Source: an uncultured bacterium (lineage in GTDB: Bacteria > SAR324 > NAC60-12). Taken from it: a stretch of 42,718 bases of DNA. The position numbers were made by a program, and so were the translations under genes. Below are positions 38,683 through 42,718 of this stretch, in pieces (position 1 is the first letter of the stretch; every line of letters begins with the position of its first letter). The notes below the pieces were generated by a model. That model searched no databases. It was not told the origin of the DNA and saw only the letters and a program-made list of their open reading frames with translations. The DNA is taken from the NCBI GenBank assembly GCA_964010765.1, contig CAXGMD010000018.1:1-42718 (forward strand), read 5' to 3'.

Positions 38683-39516
38683 TCAATCTTCCTCTTCTTG
38701 CTTGAGGGTCTGAAATTCCAAGCCCTTGAATTCCCAATGAGCAGAGGGTTCCTGTACCAAGGCAAGTACGACCTCAAAGATCTGGACCTCATCATCTTGA
38801 TTTACTCTGAAACGAACTCTGGAATCTTCTGCATCTTCCCTGAAATCAAGATGTAATTCTGGCTCTTCCAGTTCAAGTCCTGCAGCCTTCAATTCTAGGT
38901 ATCTTGAATCTTCCTTGACTACCTCATAGGCCACTTGAAAAGCTGAGGTCTTGCGCATGTTTGGTTGCTGCAGACCCAAGGCAATGACGAAGAAACCAAA
39001 GAACAACAGGTTTGAAAGCAGCAGGCGGCGCATGGGGCGCATCGCATCTGGATTATCAATGACTACCGTTCCTGCTAAACGATCTCCCAAGCGCCTTCCG
39101 TAAGGATCTCGAAAGATTTCCCAAGCTTCCCAAGGCAGGATGAATAAGCTCAAATTACGTTTGAATAGTCGGTCTTTCGGCACTCTTTCATTAAGATTTT
39201 CAATCTTACGCAAGCACATGCCCAGCATGCGTTTCCCAGGGCTGCCGTTCTGTGAAAGATCTCTAAAAACTAAAAAGAGCATAGCCCCACCATAGAACCA
39301 AGTGAGGTCTAACCAGCTACGAGCCTGCTGCTTAAGGTCCCAGTGTTCCTGCCGAAAAAGGCTGTCCAGTGTGTTGAGAATAAGGATGATCAGGACAAGA
39401 TCTATCAGGAGACCAAAGAGCCGCTTCCCTTGGGAAGATGCCCGTAGGCGGTAAGGAGCGTCGGAATGAGCCGCAGAAGGGTTTTCCGAATCAACGGTGG
39501 AAGATTCCTCCGTCAT
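38683..39516 (-). CDS. RDD family membrane protein with a C-terminal extracytoplasmic domain
   Basis: [30 protein letters not shown]; further TM segment plus soluble tail. Confidence 0.8.
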   Translation of the reverse strand: MTEESSTVDSENPSAAHSDAPYRLRASSQGKRLFGLLIDLVLIILILNTLDSLFRQEHWDLKQQARSWLDLTWFYGGAMLFLVFRDLSQNGSPGKRMLGMCLRKIENLNERVPKDRLFKRNLSLFILPWEAWEIFRDPYGRRLGDRLAGTVVIDNPDAMRPMRRLLLSNLLFFGFFVIALGLQQPNMRKTSAFQVAYEVVKEDSRYLELKAAGLELEEPELHLDFREDAEDSRVRFRVNQDDEVQIFEVVLALVQEPSAHWEFKGLEFQTLKQEEED

Positions 39517-40580
39517 GGCAAGCGAGATTCTACTTTTTTGAGGCGGTCAAAGAGTTCTTCGAGTCGGTGAATCAATGCCTGAGTTTTGCGCCACTGAGAA
39601 ACTGGTCTGGACGGCATTCCTCCCACTACCTCCTTATCGGCAATATTGCTGGTAATCACCGACCGCGCAACTGCTGTCACATGATTACCAACCCGTACAT
39701 TATCTCTGATTCCAGTTTGCCCACCCATGATCAGATGATGCCCTATAGTCGCACTCCCGCCTATGGCTGATTGGGCAGAGATCAGAGCATGCTCCCCAAT
39801 CACAACATTGTGAGCAATCTGAACCTGATTATCAATTTTGCTTCCTGCCTTGATGACAGTGTCGGTAAATCGGGCTCGATCCACCGTAGTATTTGCTCCA
39901 ATTTCAACATCATCTTCAATCACCACTCGGCCTACTTGTGGAATTTTCTGATTGATACCCTCTCTCTGAAAATAACCGTGTCCATCTGCCCCAATCACTG
40001 ATCCACTTTGGAGGATCACCCGATCACCAATGATGCAGTCTTCCTGAACCACAGCTTTTGGAAAAATTTCACAATTCTCCCCAATCACAGCATCTGTCAT
40101 CAAAACGCAGCCAGCATGTATAATGCTGCCTGATCCGATTCGAACCCCATCATAGAGCACCACTTGCGGGCCTACCCAAACATTTTTTCCAAGTTGAACA
40201 TTTTCGCCCAAGGTCGCTGTGGGATGCACTTGGCCTTCTGGATGTTGCGTTGGATGCAACAAAGCTGTTGCATTAACATGTGCTGCCAGCGGATCGTGGG
40301 CAAACAGAAAATTTCGACCCTCAGCGTTTGTGCCTGCTGGAACGATCACCGCAATTTCATCTCCACTGATTTCTTCTTCATGATGTTGTTTTCGATGAAT
40401 TCCTCTCGGAGTAGGGACACTGCTCAATCCGCTAGCAGAAGCCAAATAAGCTACCCCACCAGGTCTCAGTTGATCCAGCCCACAGGCATGAGTTAATTTC
40501 AGGGAGTGTTCACCGCTAAAGGGTAAATCTAGCTGACGAGCCAGTTCTTCAAGCGTGAATGTTTTCCGAATGCGTTTCAT
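39513..40580 (-). CDS. lpxD: UDP-3-O-acylglucosamine N-acyltransferase
   Basis: Hexapeptide repeats; [36 protein letters not shown]. Confidence 0.95.
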   Translation of the reverse strand: MKRIRKTFTLEELARQLDLPFSGEHSLKLTHACGLDQLRPGGVAYLASASGLSSVPTPRGIHRKQHHEEEISGDEIAVIVPAGTNAEGRNFLFAHDPLAAHVNATALLHPTQHPEGQVHPTATLGENVQLGKNVWVGPQVVLYDGVRIGSGSIIHAGCVLMTDAVIGENCEIFPKAVVQEDCIIGDRVILQSGSVIGADGHGYFQREGINQKIPQVGRVVIEDDVEIGANTTVDRARFTDTVIKAGSKIDNQVQIAHNVVIGEHALISAQSAIGGSATIGHHLIMGGQTGIRDNVRVGNHVTAVARSVITSNIADKEVVGGMPSRPVSQWRKTQALIHRLEELFDRLKKVESRLP

Positions 40581-41806
40581 TAACCAAAAAGAGCAAAGCG
40601 ATGAGCAAGGGGTCGAACACTGGCGGACTGCCCAGATCGTAAAGGTTGGGAATCTTCTGGCATGTGAATCAGTGAGTTAGCCTGTGCTATTGAGGCGATA
40701 CTGAAGGAACCTTGTTGAGGTACAGGACGAACCCAATCAATACCATCTTGGTGGTACCAGTGGGCTCTTAAAAGTTGTAGTCTCTCTGAGGTTTCATCAA
40801 AATCCTCAGTGATTTTTGCGGATCGCATCGGCACTTCCAGTTGTTGATGACCAAGACACTTGCGCAGGTAGGGCCTGACCAATTCTTCAAAAAGAACGAA
40901 CGTGGAAGCTGGATTACCAGGCAAACCGAAAACCTTGGTATCTTCAAGTTGTCCAAAGAAAAGGGGCTTGCCAGGTTTGATTTTGACCCGCCAGAAAATT
41001 TCTTCGACTCCTAACTCTTTTAGAGCAGGCTTGACAAAATCTGAGTCCCCAACCGAGACCCCACCTGATATCAACAAGGCATCCGCCTTCAGCGCCTCAT
41101 CAAGAACTTTGATTGTACCTTCCAAGTCATCAACCACCCGATGCAGTCTAGTTACCTCACAAGCCTCTGTTTGGAGAAGAGCTTCAAGCAAAAAACTGTT
41201 TGCCTCACGAATTTGACCAGGTCCAGGTTTGATGGTTGGATCAACCAGTTCTGTTCCCGTAGACAAAATGTTTATCTTAAGACTTCTGTGCAAAGGGACT
41301 TCAACCAGACCTTGGGCTGCCAGCAGGGCGAGATGTGTTGGGGCAATCGTTGTTCCAACTCGAAACAGAGGGTCTCCAATGGACATGTCTCGCCCTCTGC
41401 GACGAAGGTTATTCCCTCTTTTTGTGGGATGCGAGAAATAAACTTGGTCCTCTTTTCTCACAACTTGTTCGCGCATTACGACAGCTTCTGTACCTTGAGG
41501 TAAGGGCGCTCCCGTGGCAACTTGAACGCATTCTCCTTCCTGAAGAGAGATCGTGTCTAATCGACCAGCGAAAATGTATTCCTGGCATCTTAAAACTACT
41601 GGATTTTCTTCAGTAGCTTTAGCAATTTCCTTCAATTTTACTGCGTAGCCATCCACTGCTGAATTATCGAAAGGAGGCTGATCTTCTAGGGCGACAAGAT
41701 CTTCAGCTAGGGCTCTTCCGACTGCGTTTCTAAAATCAACTTTTTCTAATTCTTGGGCTCGAGCATGCGCAAGAATAGTGACTTTGGCTTCTTCGTAAGT
41801 TAGCAT
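40580..41806 (-). CDS. moeA: Molybdopterin molybdenumtransferase
   Basis: [45 protein letters not shown]. Confidence 0.96.
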   Translation of the reverse strand: MLTYEEAKVTILAHARAQELEKVDFRNAVGRALAEDLVALEDQPPFDNSAVDGYAVKLKEIAKATEENPVVLRCQEYIFAGRLDTISLQEGECVQVATGAPLPQGTEAVVMREQVVRKEDQVYFSHPTKRGNNLRRRGRDMSIGDPLFRVGTTIAPTHLALLAAQGLVEVPLHRSLKINILSTGTELVDPTIKPGPGQIREANSFLLEALLQTEACEVTRLHRVVDDLEGTIKVLDEALKADALLISGGVSVGDSDFVKPALKELGVEEIFWRVKIKPGKPLFFGQLEDTKVFGLPGNPASTFVLFEELVRPYLRKCLGHQQLEVPMRSAKITEDFDETSERLQLLRAHWYHQDGIDWVRPVPQQGSFSIASIAQANSLIHMPEDSQPLRSGQSASVRPLAHRFALFG

Positions 41807-41878
41807 AATTTAGTTAATTTGTTGGACAACCAAACGAAGTCCAAAGCACTATCCATTCCAAGAAAAATAGGTTCAAAC

Positions 41879-42016
41879 ATGGTGGCTTTTCTGAAGAATT
41901 ACGTAGATGTCCTGAAGAATATGCACGAACATCATCGGCTCTACTTCTTCATTCATGCGTTCATGTTGATCTCAGCCTTTTTGATGTTTCTAATCGTCAT
42001 CTTCAGCATGATTTGA
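41879..42016 (+). CDS. Small single-TM membrane protein (45 aa)
   Basis: Fills the gap between moeA and the PAP2 gene; hydrophobic C-terminal helix. ATG 41879. Confidence 0.55.
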   Translation: MVAFLKNYVDVLKNMHEHHRLYFFIHAFMLISAFLMFLIVIFSMI

Positions 42017-42043
42017 AAAACCCTTCCCTTTCAATCTTTCTGA

Positions 42044-42063
42044 ATGAATTTATATAAATTCAT
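42044..42063. repeat. Perfect 20-bp palindrome between convergent genes
   Basis: ATGAATTTAT/ATAAATTCAT. Confidence 0.6.
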
Positions 42064-42085
42064 AAGAATCACTGCGAGCTTCCCA

Positions 42086-42718
42086 TCAATGGTGCATCCA
42101 GTCAAAGAGACCTGAATATAGTCGTTGAATCCTCAGGAAACCCCAAGTCATCAGCACAGCTCCGACTGGAGCCAACCCAAGCAAATAGGGAACAGATTGC
42201 AGTTGGACAGAGCGTAACCCCCAAAACCAGCAGATCAATCCTAGAATCACTAGAAAGCCCCACCCACAAAGTTTTAACTCCCAGAGACGTGGCATCTCAG
42301 GTAACTTCTTGTTCCTTCGGAAATAGGCCCTCTGTTGGGGAACCTTCAAAAAATCGAAATAGAGCCAATAAGCTATCAAGGCCACAGGTCCAAAAATTCC
42401 GAGACTATCACTGATCCAATGATGAGCCGTCATGGAGCGGGCTACTGCCATGCCTATCGCAAGCAGAACACAGCCAACTGCCCACAAGATTGCTAATTGT
42501 GGCTTACGGTACTTGTAGTCCGTCAACCAAATTAAAGAGAGGAGCATCGGCACAAGGACCACCGCGGTATGCCCACTCGGGAAACTTCCTCTATAAATTC
42601 CTTCCGCAATATAATGTGGTCCAAATTCATACCATTCACTAAACGGCCATTGCTTGTCCCAGACAAGATGTGGGCGAGCCCTACCAATGATCCATTTGAG
42701 GCAGTGAACAAAACCCAA
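42086..42718 (-). CDS. PAP2-family phosphatase (5' end outside the window)
   Basis: KWIIGRARP, SFPSGH, RSMTAHHWISD. Confidence 0.85.
   Translation of the reverse strand: MGFVHCLKWIIGRARPHLVWDKQWPFSEWYEFGPHYIAEGIYRGSFPSGHTAVVLVPMLLSLIWLTDYKYRKPQLAILWAVGCVLLAIGMAVARSMTAHHWISDSLGIFGPVALIAYWLYFDFLKVPQQRAYFRRNKKLPEMPRLWELKLCGWGFLVILGLICWFWGLRSVQLQSVPYLLGLAPVGAVLMTWGFLRIQRLYSGLFDWMHH

Overview
An AT-rich (roughly 42% GC by eye), gene-dense chromosomal segment from a Gram-negative bacterium (lpxD, mlaE). The mosaic gene set suggests a marine deltaproteobacterial-grade lineage such as SAR324, but that is only an inference. Most of the window is housekeeping: partial argS, mce, galE, sucAB, rlmI, a polyamine aminotransferase with a pot-type ABC operon, fdhD, glgP, mlaE, modABC, and a long minus-strand run (moeA, lpxD, RDD, cimA, NadD/PncC fusion, ubiE, mrp, recN, ABC ATPase). 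No rRNA, tRNA, CRISPR array, transposase or integrase was seen. Three items stand out. (1) A GC-rich ~165-nt four-hairpin RNA upstream of argS (1501-1667, minus strand as judged by G-U pairs) has two long hairpins with the identical loop AGGGGUG and a mutually exclusive alternative helix. (2) A NadD-like adenylyltransferase is fused to a PncC/CinA-C NMN deamidase, and both active-site motifs are altered. (3) A solitary phage-CI/LexA-like S24 repressor with operator-like palindromes on both sides is divergent from an AlkB-Nudix pair, a candidate non-canonical SOS module.
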